The notes under the pieces: generated by a model | Databases searched by the model: none | Seen by the model: the letters and a program-made list of their open reading frames with translations, nothing else | What the model was told of the DNA's origin: nothing | Shown here: positions 1 to 9,517 of the stretch, piece by piece | Layout: each line of letters starts with the position of its first letter | Position numbering within the stretch: position 1 is the stretch's first letter | Translations under genes and position numbers: made by a program | Assembly: GCA_963723305.1 (NCBI GenBank) | Contig: CAVRRT010000124.1 | Coordinates: 2,857-66,856 of the forward strand | Direction of reading: 5' to 3' | Length of the DNA: 64,000 nt | Source of the DNA: an uncultured Pseudomonadota bacterium | GTDB taxonomy: Bacteria > Myxococcota_A > Polyangia > Fen-1088

Positions 1-2
1 GT

Positions 3-1088
3 GTCGGCGACAGCGCGCCGAGCGACGCCGCTCGAACGGACGCGGCGCGGACCGACGGCGCTCGAACGGACGCCACCCCGGCCGACGCGAACGGAGCCGA
101 CGGCACCGTGCCCGACTGCACGTTCGGCGCGTCTCAAGAGGCGCTCGATCTTCGCTGCACCGGCCTCTACTCCGACTGGGCGACCAAGACCGTCGCCCCG
201 GGCGTCACGCAATACGACCCGGGCCTGCACCTCTGGAGCGACGGCGCGAACAAGACCCGCTGGATCTACCTGCCGCCGGGGACGAAGATCGACACGTCGA
301 ACATGGACCAGTGGACGTTCCCCAAGGGAACCAAGGTCTGGAAGGAGTTCGTCGTCGGCGGCGCGCGCATCGAGACGCGGCTGCTCTGGAAGCAGCCCAC
401 CGGCAACTGGTACTTCACGACCTACGCCTGGTCGTCCGACGAGTCGACCGCCACCGAGCTCATCGACGGCGAGCGCCTCGGCACCGATCCAGACAGCTAC
501 GAAGTCCCCGCGCAGAGCGCCTGCTATGACTGTCACACCGGACGCTACGACGCCGTGCTGGGGTTCGAGGCGGTGGCGCTGTCGACCGCCTTGGCGTCCG
601 GCGTGACGATGGCGACCCTCACCGCCGACAACCTCCTCACCGACCCGCCCGCACAACCGATCACCATCCCCGGCGACGCCACCGCCTCCGCGGCGCTCGG
701 CTATCTGCACATGAACTGCGGCAACCCTTGCCACAACCCCGACAGCGGCGGGGCGGAGGACACCGGTCTCTTCATGCGGCTCGACGTCGCAACGCTGGCC
801 AGCGTCGAGACCACCCCCACCTGGACCACCGGCATGGGCGTCGGCTCCTTCTTCGCCATCCCCGGCGTCACAAATCCGCAGGTCTTCGCCCCCTGCGACC
901 CGGGCGGCAGCACGGCCTACTACCGCATGGACCATCGCGACGGCGTCGACGGAACGCCGGCCGGCATCCAGATGCCTCCCGAGGTCACCCACCAGGTCGA
1001 CAGCTCCGGCGTGGCGATGCTGGCAGCGTGGCTCAACAGCCTCCCGCAATGTACCGCCACGAACAGCGCGCCCAACGCTGCGCCGTAG
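3..1088 (+). CDS. Hypothetical secreted protein with heme-binding-type CxxCH motif; probably 5'-truncated by the window edge
   Basis: Frame 3 is open from nt 3 (VGDSAPSDAARTDAARTDGARTD low-complexity linker) into track ORF 108..1088. CYDCH lies at 522-536 and CGNPCH at 717-734. Composition is protein-like, unlike the Arg/Pro-rich competing frames. Alternative GTG start at 108. Confidence 0.5.
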   Translation, partial: VGDSAPSDAARTDAARTDGARTDATPADANGADGTVPDCTFGASQEALDLRCTGLYSDWATKTVAPGVTQYDPGLHLWSDGANKTRWIYLPPGTKIDTSNMDQWTFPKGTKVWKEFVVGGARIETRLLWKQPTGNWYFTTYAWSSDESTATELIDGERLGTDPDSYEVPAQSACYDCHTGRYDAVLGFEAVALSTALASGVTMATLTADNLLTDPPAQPITIPGDATASAALGYLHMNCGNPCHNPDSGGAEDTGLFMRLDVATLASVETTPTWTTGMGVGSFFAIPGVTNPQVFAPCDPGGSTAYYRMDHRDGVDGTPAGIQMPPEVTHQVDSSGVAMLAAWLNSLPQCTATNSAPNAAP

Positions 1089-1136
1089 CGGCGGCGCGCG
1101 CGCTGAGGTGCCGCGGGGCCGTGCTAGCCTCGCGGC

Positions 1137-1406
1137 ATGTGCCGAAACATCAAGACGCTGTTCAATTTCGCGCCGCCGGCCACGGACGAAGAGGTGCGTG
1201 CCGCCTGCGAGCAGTTCGTGCGCAAGCTGAGCGGGTTCACCCACCCCTCGCACGAGAACGAGAAGGCCTTCGCGCGCGGTGTGGACGAAAGCTTTCGCGT
1301 GGCGCGCCGCCTGGTCGACTCGCTGGTGACGCACGCGCCGCCGCGCGATCGCGCGATCGAGGCGGCCAAGGCCAAGGAACGCGCGATCAAACGCTTCGGC
1401 GCCTGA
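1137..1406 (+). CDS. DUF2277 domain protein
   Basis: The 89-aa product starts MCRNIKTLFNFAPPATDEEVRAA, which I recognise as the conserved DUF2277 N-terminus. The ORF is compact. Confidence 0.7.
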   Translation: MCRNIKTLFNFAPPATDEEVRAACEQFVRKLSGFTHPSHENEKAFARGVDESFRVARRLVDSLVTHAPPRDRAIEAAKAKERAIKRFGA

Positions 1407-1472
1407 GCGGGCCGGGCCGCTCGGGCCAATGTTCGTCGCCTTCGTTCTCTCGGTGTTGCTCGCGGCGTCGGC

Positions 1473-2132
1473 TTACGGCGCGAGGGCCGGAGGGATGTCG
1501 GCGCCGGTGCTGGTCCGGCTGACCCCGGGCGGCTGCCCGGGCAGCTGGAGCGCGGAGCTGGGCGGGACGGGGAGCGCCGCCACCAGCGCCATGGCGTCGG
1601 CCTGCTGCTGCAACAGCGGCGGGACAATCGATTGAAGCATCGCCGCCATCCCCGGTGCGCGCGCCAGGGCCTGGGCCTTCTGCGTCTGGTCGATGGCCGC
1701 CTGGTGATCGTTCACCATCTTGGCCGCGAAGTCGTGGTCGAATTGTCCGGCCGGCGCGCTCACCAGGTCGACCCTCGTCAGCGCGCCGTTGGCCATCGCG
1801 CCGGCGCCGAGGCGGATCTCGCCGAGGTTCATCCCCTGCGTGCGCGCGTAGTTCATCATCGTGGCGTCTGACATCGCGCGGTTGCTGATGATGGTCGCCG
1901 CGTAGTCGCGGACCGCGCCGAGCGTCGCCCGCTGCTGGGCGATCTGCGCGTCGACGATGGCCTGCTGGTTCTGGCGATGCAGCGCCACCAGGGCCGCCTG
2001 ATCGCCGCCGCCGCGCTCGTCGAATCGAGAGACCGGGACCGGCGCCGCGCTCTGCGCCGCGACGCCGGCCGAAATGAGCAGACAGATAATCGACCCCGCC
2101 GCCCACCAACTTCCAAGCTGCGCTCTCCCCAT
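1473..2132 (-). CDS. DUF4142-like periplasmic protein
   Basis: Internal ATG at 2132 is preceded by GGGGAGGTG. Signal-like N-terminus MGRAQLGSWWAAGSIICLLISAGVAAQ. FDHDFAAKMVNDHQAAI motif is typical of DUF4142. Confidence 0.65.
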   Translation of the reverse strand: MGRAQLGSWWAAGSIICLLISAGVAAQSAAPVPVSRFDERGGGDQAALVALHRQNQQAIVDAQIAQQRATLGAVRDYAATIISNRAMSDATMMNYARTQGMNLGEIRLGAGAMANGALTRVDLVSAPAGQFDHDFAAKMVNDHQAAIDQTQKAQALARAPGMAAMLQSIVPPLLQQQADAMALVAALPVPPSSALQLPGQPPGVSRTSTGADIPPALAP

Positions 2133-2238
2133 CGCCCACCTCCCCTTTTGTTGTCCCTTCCTGTCCTTCTTCCTGGAAAGCTGACGCTCGAGCCCCATCC
2201 GTCAAGCGCGAGCGTTGAGGGCGACGTATAGTTGAAGC

Positions 2239-2466
2239 ATGGCCAAGTTTCACGGGACGGTTCGCAGGAACGACCTCGAAGGCGGGCACTGGCAGCTCGT
2301 GGCCGACGACGGCACCACCTACGTGCTCGAAGGCGCGCTTCGCGGGATCGAACAGGACGGCGCCAAGGTCGAGGTCGACGGCTCCGTCGATCGCGACGCG
2401 ATGGGGTTCGCCATGACCGGGCCGACGCTTCGCGTGAAGAGCGGAAAAAAAATCTCACCGGCTTGA
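2239..2466 (+). CDS. Small hypothetical protein (75 aa)
   Basis: Track ORF with balanced, non-junk composition (MAKFHGTVRRNDLEGGHWQLVADDGTTYVLEG...). It fits the gap between neighbouring genes. Confidence 0.45.
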   Translation: MAKFHGTVRRNDLEGGHWQLVADDGTTYVLEGALRGIEQDGAKVEVDGSVDRDAMGFAMTGPTLRVKSGKKISPA

Positions 2467-2483
2467 TCTAAGGTAGCCGGTGA

Positions 2484-3635
2484 ATGGAGGACATTCACCG
2501 CGCCACGCGCCGTTACGAGCAGTGGCTGGGGGGGTTGATGCCGCTCGTGCGCGCCGACCTGCGAACCAAGCACCGGCGGATGGGCGAGGGCCCTTTCTTC
2601 TTCATGCGCGCCACGTTCTACCGCTGGTGCCAGCTCTGGTGCGCCCGGGACAAGGAGAACGGCGCGGCACCCACGGCGCGCGTCGCGGCGGTCGGTGACC
2701 TGCACCTGGAGAACTTCGGCACCTGGCGCGACAGCGACGGGCGGCTCATCTGGGGCATCAACGACTTCGACGAGACGACCGTGCTTCCCTGGACGCAGGA
2801 TCTGGTGCGGCTGGCGGCCAGCGCGCACCTGGCGATCTTCGCCGACCACATCGCCGTGCGGCGGCGCACCGCCTGCGAGGCGATCCTCGCCGGCTACCGC
2901 GCCGGCGTCGAAGCGGGGGGGCGGCCATTCGTGCTGGAGGAGACGCACGGCTGGCTCCGCCGCGTCGCCATGGGCGAGCTGCGCCATCCGACGACCTTCT
3001 GGGGAAAAATGAACGGGCTGCGCACCACGCCCGAGGTCGACCGCGGGGCGGCGGCGGCCATCACGGCGGCGATGCCGGCGCGCCGGCTGGACGTCCGCTT
3101 CGCGCGGCGGGTGGCAGGCCTGGGGAGCCTCGGCCGCCCACGCTTCGTCGGCATCGCCTCCTGGCAAGGCGGCCTGGTGGCGCGCGAGGCGAAGGCAACG
3201 GCCCCGTCGGCCTGGCTGTGGGCCAACGGGACGGTGACGGCCAAGGGGACGGCGACGGCCAAGGGGACGGCGACGGCTAAGGGGACGGCGACGGCGACGG
3301 CCGGCGGCCCGAGCGACGCCTACACGGCCATCATCTCGCGCGCCGTCCGCGTCCCCGATCCCACCGTTCGCGTCGTCGGCGGCTGGCTCATCCGCCGCCT
3401 GGCCCCTCACTGCGCCCGCATCGAGCTGGGCGATCTGCCTTCGCAGCATGACGAAGAGCGACTGCTCTACGCGATGGGATTCGAGACGGCCAACGTTCAC
3501 CTGGGGACGCCGCGGGCGCGCGCGATCTTGCGCACGCAGATCGCCGCCCGCCGCGGGCACTGGCTGCACGACAGCGCCAAGGATCTGTCGGACCAGATCG
3601 TCCGCGAGTGGAGGGAGTGGCGCGCGGCCGCCTGA
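2484..3635 (+). CDS. DUF2252 domain protein
   Basis: 383 aa. GDLHLENFG and INDFDET motifs and overall layout are typical of DUF2252. Confidence 0.7.
   Translation: MEDIHRATRRYEQWLGGLMPLVRADLRTKHRRMGEGPFFFMRATFYRWCQLWCARDKENGAAPTARVAAVGDLHLENFGTWRDSDGRLIWGINDFDETTVLPWTQDLVRLAASAHLAIFADHIAVRRRTACEAILAGYRAGVEAGGRPFVLEETHGWLRRVAMGELRHPTTFWGKMNGLRTTPEVDRGAAAAITAAMPARRLDVRFARRVAGLGSLGRPRFVGIASWQGGLVAREAKATAPSAWLWANGTVTAKGTATAKGTATAKGTATATAGGPSDAYTAIISRAVRVPDPTVRVVGGWLIRRLAPHCARIELGDLPSQHDEERLLYAMGFETANVHLGTPRARAILRTQIAARRGHWLHDSAKDLSDQIVREWREWRAAA
3231..3302 (+). repeat. In-frame 18-bp tandem repeat (about 4 copies) inside the DUF2252 gene, encoding (TAKGTA)n
   Basis: Units acggYgacggcYaagggg at 3231, 3249 and 3267, plus a degenerate copy at 3285. 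Translation reads TVTAKGTATAKGTATAKGTATATAG. Confidence 0.85.
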
Positions 3636-3646
3636 TCGCGGTGCGC

Positions 3647-4087
3647 CTACCGCTCGAGCACCTCGAGACGCACCGTCACCACCCCCTCTTTGATCATCCC
3701 CAGCCTTCGCGCCGCCCCCTCCGACAGGTCGACGATCCGACCGCCCGGGCATCCGCAGCGGTCGTTGATCCGCACCGTCACCGTGCGCCCGTCGCCGCGG
3801 CTCACCCGCACGCGCGTACCGAACGGCAGGGCCGGCGAGGCGGCGGTCATGGCGCTGGGGTCGAAGCGCTCGCCGGAGGCGGTCTTGCGGCCGGCGAAAC
3901 CGCGGCCGTAGTAGCTGGCGCGCCCCTCTTGCACCCGCCGCGCCGGCGCCGAGCCGCGCCGGGCGCCGGCCTCGGTGGCGCAACCGATCGCCAGGCAGGT
4001 CGCCGCCACCGCCGACCAGACGACGATCCGGAGCAGCGACGCGCGGCGCTCTTCAGCGTGGACGTTCGTGACCGCCTCCGCCGCCAC
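3647..4087 (-). CDS. rlpA: RlpA-like lipoprotein (double-psi beta-barrel domain)
   Basis: GTG start. Lipobox LAIGC. GRASYYG...[11 protein letters not shown]...[13 protein letters not shown] is typical of RlpA. Its 5' end overlaps the upstream regulator by 35 bp. Confidence 0.7.
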   Translation of the reverse strand: MAAEAVTNVHAEERRASLLRIVVWSAVAATCLAIGCATEAGARRGSAPARRVQEGRASYYGRGFAGRKTASGERFDPSAMTAASPALPFGTRVRVSRGDGRTVTVRINDRCGCPGGRIVDLSEGAARRLGMIKEGVVTVRLEVLER

Positions 4088-5579
4088 CGGCCGGACCGTC
4101 GTCGAGCAACGTCTCCTCCTCGTCGGCGGCCTCGCCGGCCTGGACGGCGCGGATCGCGGCGGCCTTGTCGGCGCGGCTCTCGATCGTGCCGATCCCGTAC
4201 TTCTCGAGCTTGTAATAGAGCGCGCTGGTCTTGATCCCCAGGAGGCGCGCCGTCTCGGTCTTCACGCCGCCGCTCTTGTCATAGGCCCGCTCGATCAGCT
4301 GCCGCTCGAGATCCTCGAGCAACGCCGGGAGCGACATCTCGCCGCCCGGGAGCGCCAGCGCGTTCTCCGGCAACCCGCCGCGCACCGACGCCGGCAGCGC
4401 GCCGACGTCGATGGCCGTCCCCTCGGCGAACACCAGCGCCTGCTCGATGACGTTCTCCAGCTCGCGCACGTTCCCCGGCCAGCCGTAGAGGCCGAGGCGC
4501 GCCAGCGCCGCGTCGGTGATGCCGTGGGCGGGGTCGATGGCGGCGTTGGTGCGGGGGGCGAGCTTGGCGATGAAGTGGGCCGCCAGGCGGGGGATGTCGT
4601 CCTTGCGCGCGCGGAGCGGCGGCACCTGACAGGGAACGACGTGCAGCCGGTAGAAGAGATCCTCGCGAAACCGCCCGGCGGCGACCTCGGCGGCGATGTC
4701 CCGGTGGGTCGCCGATAGCACGCGCACGTCGATCTTGATGGTCTCCTCGCCGCCGACCCGTTCGAGCTCCCGCTCCTGCAGCACGCGCAGGAGCTTGAGC
4801 TGCAGCCCCGGAGTGACGTCGCCGATCTCGTCGAGGAACAGCGTCCCCTTGTCGGCCAGCTCGAACCGCCCGAGCTTGCGCTTGATGGCGCCGGTGAACG
4901 CCCCCCGCTCGTGCCCGAACAGCTCCGACTCCAGCAGCGTCTCCGTCAGCGCGCCGCAATTGACCTTCACGAACGGCCCGCTGGCCCGCTTGGATCGGGC
5001 GTGGATGGCGCGCGCCACCAGCTCCTTCCCCGTTCCCGACTCGCCGTGGATGTAGACCGACGCCTCGGTGGGAGCGACCTTCTCGATCGTCTGGAACAGG
5101 GCGCGCATCTGCGGCGTCTCGCCGACGAGCTCGGCGAAGCGGTACTCGCGCGCCACGTCGTCGCGCAGCGCCGCGCTCTCCGCCTCGGCCCGCTCGCGGG
5201 CCCGTCGCTCCGCGCGCAGCTCCAGCGCGCGCGACACCTTGAGCCGCACCACCTCGGGGGAGAACGGCTTCTGGATGAAGTCGTAGGCGCCGCTGCGCAT
5301 CGCCTCGACGGCCGTCTCCACGGTGCCGAAGGCCGTGGCGATCATCACCGGGCAGTCGGGATCGCGCGCGGCGACGGTCTTCACCACCTCGAGCCCCCCC
5401 TGCCCCTCCATCTTGAGATCGGTGATCACGAAGTCGACCGTCGGCCGCCCCGGGCCGATCTGCTTGAGCCCCTCGTCGCCCGACGCCGCCAGGAGAGCCT
5501 CGTGGCCCATCCGACGGACGGTCGCGCCGAGCCCCTCGCGCATGGTCTCGTTGTCGTCGATGATGAGGATGCGGGCCAT
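4053..5579 (-). CDS. Sigma-54-dependent response regulator (NtrC family: REC + AAA+ + HTH)
   Basis: Receiver domain (ILIIDDN...DFVITDLKM). Walker [15 protein letters not shown] loop. C-terminal HTH ([14 protein letters not shown]). Confidence 0.85.
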   Translation of the reverse strand: MARILIIDDNETMREGLGATVRRMGHEALLAASGDEGLKQIGPGRPTVDFVITDLKMEGQGGLEVVKTVAARDPDCPVMIATAFGTVETAVEAMRSGAYDFIQKPFSPEVVRLKVSRALELRAERRARERAEAESAALRDDVAREYRFAELVGETPQMRALFQTIEKVAPTEASVYIHGESGTGKELVARAIHARSKRASGPFVKVNCGALTETLLESELFGHERGAFTGAIKRKLGRFELADKGTLFLDEIGDVTPGLQLKLLRVLQERELERVGGEETIKIDVRVLSATHRDIAAEVAAGRFREDLFYRLHVVPCQVPPLRARKDDIPRLAAHFIAKLAPRTNAAIDPAHGITDAALARLGLYGWPGNVRELENVIEQALVFAEGTAIDVGALPASVRGGLPENALALPGGEMSLPALLEDLERQLIERAYDKSGGVKTETARLLGIKTSALYYKLEKYGIGTIESRADKAAAIRAVQAGEAADEEETLLDDGPAGGGGGGHERPR

Positions 5580-5605
5580 CTCGGTTAGCCTACGCCGGTA
5601 TCAAA

Positions 5606-6745
5606 ATGTCAGACAAGCCCGATCCCCCCCCCAGGCGCAAGGACCCCGCGCGGGTCCACCCCCGCGCGCGCGGCCAAAGTTCGCCGATCGATCTGCTGCG
5701 GCCGGCGGTACGTGCGATGCCGGCCTACACGCCGGGCGAGCAGATCGCCGATCTCACCAAGCTGAACACCAACGAAGGGGCCTTCCCCCCGTCGCCGTGG
5801 GTGCGGGCGGCGCTGGCCGCGATCGCCGACGACACGCTGCGCCTCTACCCCGATCCGACCAGCAGCGGGCTCCGCGCCGTCGCCGCCGCGCGCTTCGGCG
5901 TCAAGCCCGAGCAGGTGCTGGCGGGCAACGGCTCCGACGACTGCCTGACCGTCCTTTACCGCGGCTTTCTCGACCCCGGTGAACGGGTGGTCGCCCCCTG
6001 GCCGACCTACGGCCTCTACGCCACGCTGGCCTCGCTGCAGGGGGCGGAGCTGGTCCGGCTGCCGTTCACGCAGAGCGGGCGCCGCTTCCTGCTGCCGCCG
6101 GATCTGGCGCGCCAGCGGGCGAAGATGATCATCCTGGCCAACCCCAACAACCCGTCGGCGACGCTGGTGCCGGTCGACGAGCTGCGCGCCCTCTGCGAAG
6201 AGGCGGCGGGGGCGATCGTCGTCGTCGACGAGGCCTACGTCGACTTCGCGCTCGGCGCAGGCATCGACGCCAGCATCCTCCCCTCTCTCGATCAGCACCC
6301 CAACCTGGTCGTGCTGCGGACGATGTCGAAGAGCTACAGCCTGGCCGGCGCGCGCCTCGGGTTGCTGTTCGCCTCGGCGCCGATCGTGGAGGCGCTGACC
6401 AAGGTCAAGGACAGCTACAACGTCAACGCGCTCACCCAGGCGATCGGCATCGCCGCGCTGGAAGACCGCGCCTATTTCGAAGACTGTCTCCGCCGCACGC
6501 TCGCGGAGCGCGCCCGCCTCGAGGCGGCGCTGGGCGAGATAGGCCTTTGGTGGCCCACCTCGGCCGCCAACTTCCTGTTGGTGGAGATCGGCGAGCGCGC
6601 CGAAGAGGTCTACCGGGCGCTCAAGCGCCAGGGGCTCCTCGTCCGCTGGTGGCCCGCGCCGGAGCTCCGCACGAAGATCCGCATCAGCGTCGGAAAACCG
6701 GAAGACAACGACCGGTTGATTGCCGCGCTGAAGACGTTGCTCTGA
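5606..6745 (+). CDS. hisC: Histidinol-phosphate aminotransferase
   Basis: LNTNEGAFPPSP, ANPNNPS and MSKSYSLAGARLG (PLP-lysine motif); 379 aa. Confidence 0.85.
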   Translation: MSDKPDPPPRRKDPARVHPRARGQSSPIDLLRPAVRAMPAYTPGEQIADLTKLNTNEGAFPPSPWVRAALAAIADDTLRLYPDPTSSGLRAVAAARFGVKPEQVLAGNGSDDCLTVLYRGFLDPGERVVAPWPTYGLYATLASLQGAELVRLPFTQSGRRFLLPPDLARQRAKMIILANPNNPSATLVPVDELRALCEEAAGAIVVVDEAYVDFALGAGIDASILPSLDQHPNLVVLRTMSKSYSLAGARLGLLFASAPIVEALTKVKDSYNVNALTQAIGIAALEDRAYFEDCLRRTLAERARLEAALGEIGLWWPTSAANFLLVEIGERAEEVYRALKRQGLLVRWWPAPELRTKIRISVGKPEDNDRLIAALKTLL

Positions 6746-6798
6746 GGGCGGCAATCGGAACGCGCGCCCGGTTCTCCGCCATCGCTTAGAGTTGGGAC

Positions 6799-7215
6799 AT
6801 GAGACCCGAGGCGATCTTCGTGCCGGTGAGCGTGCTGGCGATCTGGACGGGATTGATGGTGTTCCTCGTCGGCTTCAGTCGAATCCGGGCCGTGCGGGCG
6901 GGTCGTGTGCCGCGTGGGGCGTTCCGCCTGGGCGAGAGCCCCGAGGTCCCGCCCGACGTGACGATCTGGAACCGGAACCTGATCAACCTGCTCGAGATGC
7001 CGATGCTGTTCTACGTGGTGAGCATCTGCTTTTACGTCACCCACCTGGTGCGTCCGGGCGTGCTGACCTACGCCTGGATCTACGTCGCCCTGCGGATCGC
7101 TCACTCGCTCGTCCATGTCACGTCCAACCGAATAATGGCGCGGCTCGTGCTGTACGCGGCCAGCAACGTCATCCTGCTCTCCCTCTGGGTCAGGTTCTTC
7201 ATCCGCATCGGGTAG
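6799..7215 (+). CDS. MAPEG-family membrane protein
   Basis: 138 aa with about 4 hydrophobic helices. NLLEMPMLFY and RIAHSLVH motifs resemble the MAPEG family. Confidence 0.55.
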   Translation: MRPEAIFVPVSVLAIWTGLMVFLVGFSRIRAVRAGRVPRGAFRLGESPEVPPDVTIWNRNLINLLEMPMLFYVVSICFYVTHLVRPGVLTYAWIYVALRIAHSLVHVTSNRIMARLVLYAASNVILLSLWVRFFIRIG

Positions 7216-7230
7216 AGCGCTGCCGCGACG

Positions 7231-7554
7231 ATGGCCCGCCCTCCCCGCCCACGCCGGCAGCAACGCGAGCAAGCGCGCCTCCTCCGCAAGACAGTCCGGC
7301 AGCTCGAACGCCTCGCCGGCCAGCTCCCCGGCGGCGCGCCGGAGCGGCCGATCGATGTCGCGTCGGCGTCGATCGTCGAGACGAAGGCCCGGGCGCTGCC
7401 CTGCATTCAGTGCGCCGCGACTGAGCTGGAGCTCCGCGACGACCGCGCAACGTCGACGGCGCGGGGCGTGTTGCGGGAGATGGCGATGATTTGCCGTCGC
7501 TGCCACGCGACGCGGGTGGCCTGGTTCCGGGTGGCCGCCGACCCCGTCAACTGA
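7231..7554 (+). CDS. Hypothetical protein with CxxC...CxxC zinc-ribbon-like pair
   Basis: 107-aa track ORF with CIQC and CRRC pairs. Arg-rich N-terminus makes the call tentative. Confidence 0.35.
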   Translation: MARPPRPRRQQREQARLLRKTVRQLERLAGQLPGGAPERPIDVASASIVETKARALPCIQCAATELELRDDRATSTARGVLREMAMICRRCHATRVAWFRVAADPVN

Positions 7555-7646
7555 CCGACAGAGCGCTTCGGCAGGCGAGGCCCCTCTGCTGGCGTACCAG
7601 CCCAGGCCGGCGCCCGGACCGCCTGGACCTCCCCTCTGGACCTCCT

Positions 7647-7752
7647 CTAGACCGCTTTCACGTTGAAGTGATCGCAGCACCCGCCTGTGACGATCGGCCT
7701 GGCGGTGCGCTTCCCGAGCATTGTCGATCACTTCAATCGGGAAGCGGTCTAG
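7647..7752. mobile_element. 106-bp MITE-like element, copy 1 (CTAG ends, ~28-bp imperfect terminal inverted repeats)
   Basis: Left end ctagaccgctttcacgttgaagtgatcg and right end cgatcacttcaatcgggaagcggtctag are inverted repeats. No ORF inside. It is 101/106 identical to the reverse complement of 8159..8264. Confidence 0.65.
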
Positions 7753-8048
7753 CGTCGTCGAACGACATGGTCCCAGGTCATCCGCCAGCTGCCGATCATA
7801 CCGTAGAGCGGATAGTGAAAGACGCCCGGGCGATTGCGTTGGAAATACCAATGCCCGACCCAGGCGAACGCGTTGGCCACGACGGGAGCCAGCACCAGGA
7901 TCCAGCACCGACGCTCGGCGATCGCCAGCGCGATCGCGCCCAAGCCGAGCAGGTTTCCAGCGACATGTAGCCGCCGGTTCACGGGATGGTCGTGCATCCG
8001 GAGGTAGACGGGATAGAAGGCGGAGAAGCTATCGAACCGCTTGGACAT
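7749..8048 (-). CDS. DUF962 (Mpo1-like) small membrane protein
   Basis: 99 aa. FYPVYLRMHDHPVNRRLH and GHWYFQRNRPGVFHYPLYGMIGSWRM are typical of DUF962. By eye the GC is lower than surrounding genes. The stop codon TAG (7749-7751) lies inside the MITE terminal CTAG. Confidence 0.65.
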   Translation of the reverse strand: MSKRFDSFSAFYPVYLRMHDHPVNRRLHVAGNLLGLGAIALAIAERRCWILVLAPVVANAFAWVGHWYFQRNRPGVFHYPLYGMIGSWRMTWDHVVRRR

Positions 8049-8158
8049 CGCCCGGTACCGATAGCTTACCGAATCTTGGGCTCGAACGCGGTCTCGTCGT
8101 GCCGTCGGTCACAGCTCTCGCTCGTGTCGCCAACGCCCTGGAAGTCACCATGCCCGAC

Positions 8159-8264
8159 CTAGACCGCTGCCCGATTGAAGTGATCGACAATGCTCGGGAA
8201 GCGCACCGGCAAGCCGATCGTCACAGGCGGGTGCTGCAATCACTTCAAGGTGAAAGCGGTCTAG
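8159..8264. mobile_element. 106-bp MITE-like element, copy 2 (inverted relative to copy 1)
   Basis: Same termini (ctagaccgc...gcggtctag). 5 mismatches versus the reverse complement of copy 1. Its terminal CTAG (8261-8264) supplies the TAG stop of the MFS gene. Confidence 0.65.
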
Positions 8265-9517
8265 ACTTCACGCTCTTCGTCCAGCCGATCGATCGTGCGC
8301 AGTGATCCGAGCGCGAAGGTGTAGACGGCAACCACGATCAGCGTCCCCACGCCGCCGACGATGACCGCCGGCACCGCGCCCAGCCAGGCCGCGGTCAGGC
8401 CGGACTCCAGCTCCCCGAGATCGTTGGAGCTGGAGATGAACACCATGTTCACCGCGCTGACCCGGCCCCGCATCTCGTGCGGCGTGCGGAGCTGGACCAC
8501 CGTCGACCGGACCACCACGCTCACCATGTCGGAGGCGCCGAGCACGACGAGCGCGGCCAGCGAGAGACCGAAGTGCCGCGACAACCCGAACACAATCGTC
8601 GCCACGCCGAACAGCGCCACGCAGCCCAGCAGGATCGGCCCGGCCCGGCGGGTGAGCGGGCGATACGCCAGGACGACCGCCATGAGCGCCGCGCCCGCCG
8701 CCGGCCCGCTGCGCAGGAGCCCCAGGCCCGAGGGGCCGACGTGGAGGATGTCGCTGGCGAAGATGGGGAGCAGCGCGGTCGCCCCACCCAGCAGGACCGC
8801 GAACAGGTCGAGCGAGATCGACTCGAGGATGACCGGGCGCCGACGCACGAAGCGCAGCCCCTCCGCCACGCGGGCGAGCGCGCCGCTGCTCGCCTGGCGC
8901 CCGGCCTGGAGCGGCGCGTGCCGGCGGATGGAGAACGCCGCCGCGGCAGCCAGCGCCATCAACCCGGCGGCGATGGCATACACCCAGAGCGGTCCCCCGG
9001 CCGCGCCATAGAGCAGGCCCCCCAGCGCCGGTCCGACGATCGTCGACACCTGCCAGGTCGTCGAGGTCCAGGTGACCGCGTTGGCGAGGTGCTCGGGCGG
9101 CACCAGCCCCGGGACGACCGCCTGGGCCGCGGGCGCCAGAAAGGCGCGCGCCACGCCGACGAAGAACAGCACCGCGTAGATCGGCCTCGCGCCGGCGTGC
9201 GCCAGCACCAGCAGACAGAGCGCCAGCACGCAGAGCGCCAGCGCGACGCTGCAGACGCCCACGATTCGGCCGCGATCGAAGCGGTCGGCCACATTGCCGC
9301 CCGGCAGCGTCAGCACCAGCACCGGCGCGAACTGAACCAGGCCGACATACCCCAGCGCCAGCGCCCGATGGGTGAGCGCGTAGATCTGCCAGCCGACCGC
9401 GACGGAGGTCATCTGCGCCGCCAGGTTCAGCGCCAGCGACGAGGCGACGTAGCGGCGGTAATCGCGGTGCGCGAAGGCCGCTCCCGGCGAGACGGCGGCG
9501 GGGCCAGGGGAATCCAT
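8261..9517 (-). CDS. MFS transporter
   Basis: About 12 predicted hydrophobic helices. HRDYRRYVASSLALNLAAQM and DRFDRGRI loops are typical of the MFS family. Start chosen at ATG 9517 (MDSPGP); the track ORF extends to 9586. Confidence 0.75.
   Translation of the reverse strand: MDSPGPAAVSPGAAFAHRDYRRYVASSLALNLAAQMTSVAVGWQIYALTHRALALGYVGLVQFAPVLVLTLPGGNVADRFDRGRIVGVCSVALALCVLALCLLVLAHAGARPIYAVLFFVGVARAFLAPAAQAVVPGLVPPEHLANAVTWTSTTWQVSTIVGPALGGLLYGAAGGPLWVYAIAAGLMALAAAAAFSIRRHAPLQAGRQASSGALARVAEGLRFVRRRPVILESISLDLFAVLLGGATALLPIFASDILHVGPSGLGLLRSGPAAGAALMAVVLAYRPLTRRAGPILLGCVALFGVATIVFGLSRHFGLSLAALVVLGASDMVSVVVRSTVVQLRTPHEMRGRVSAVNMVFISSSNDLGELESGLTAAWLGAVPAVIVGGVGTLIVVAVYTFALGSLRTIDRLDEEREV

Noticed and set aside
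1-606. 201-aa frame-1 ORF at the window start
   Set aside because: The product is Arg/Pro/Thr-rich junk. Frame 3 carries the protein-like sequence with the CxxCH motif.
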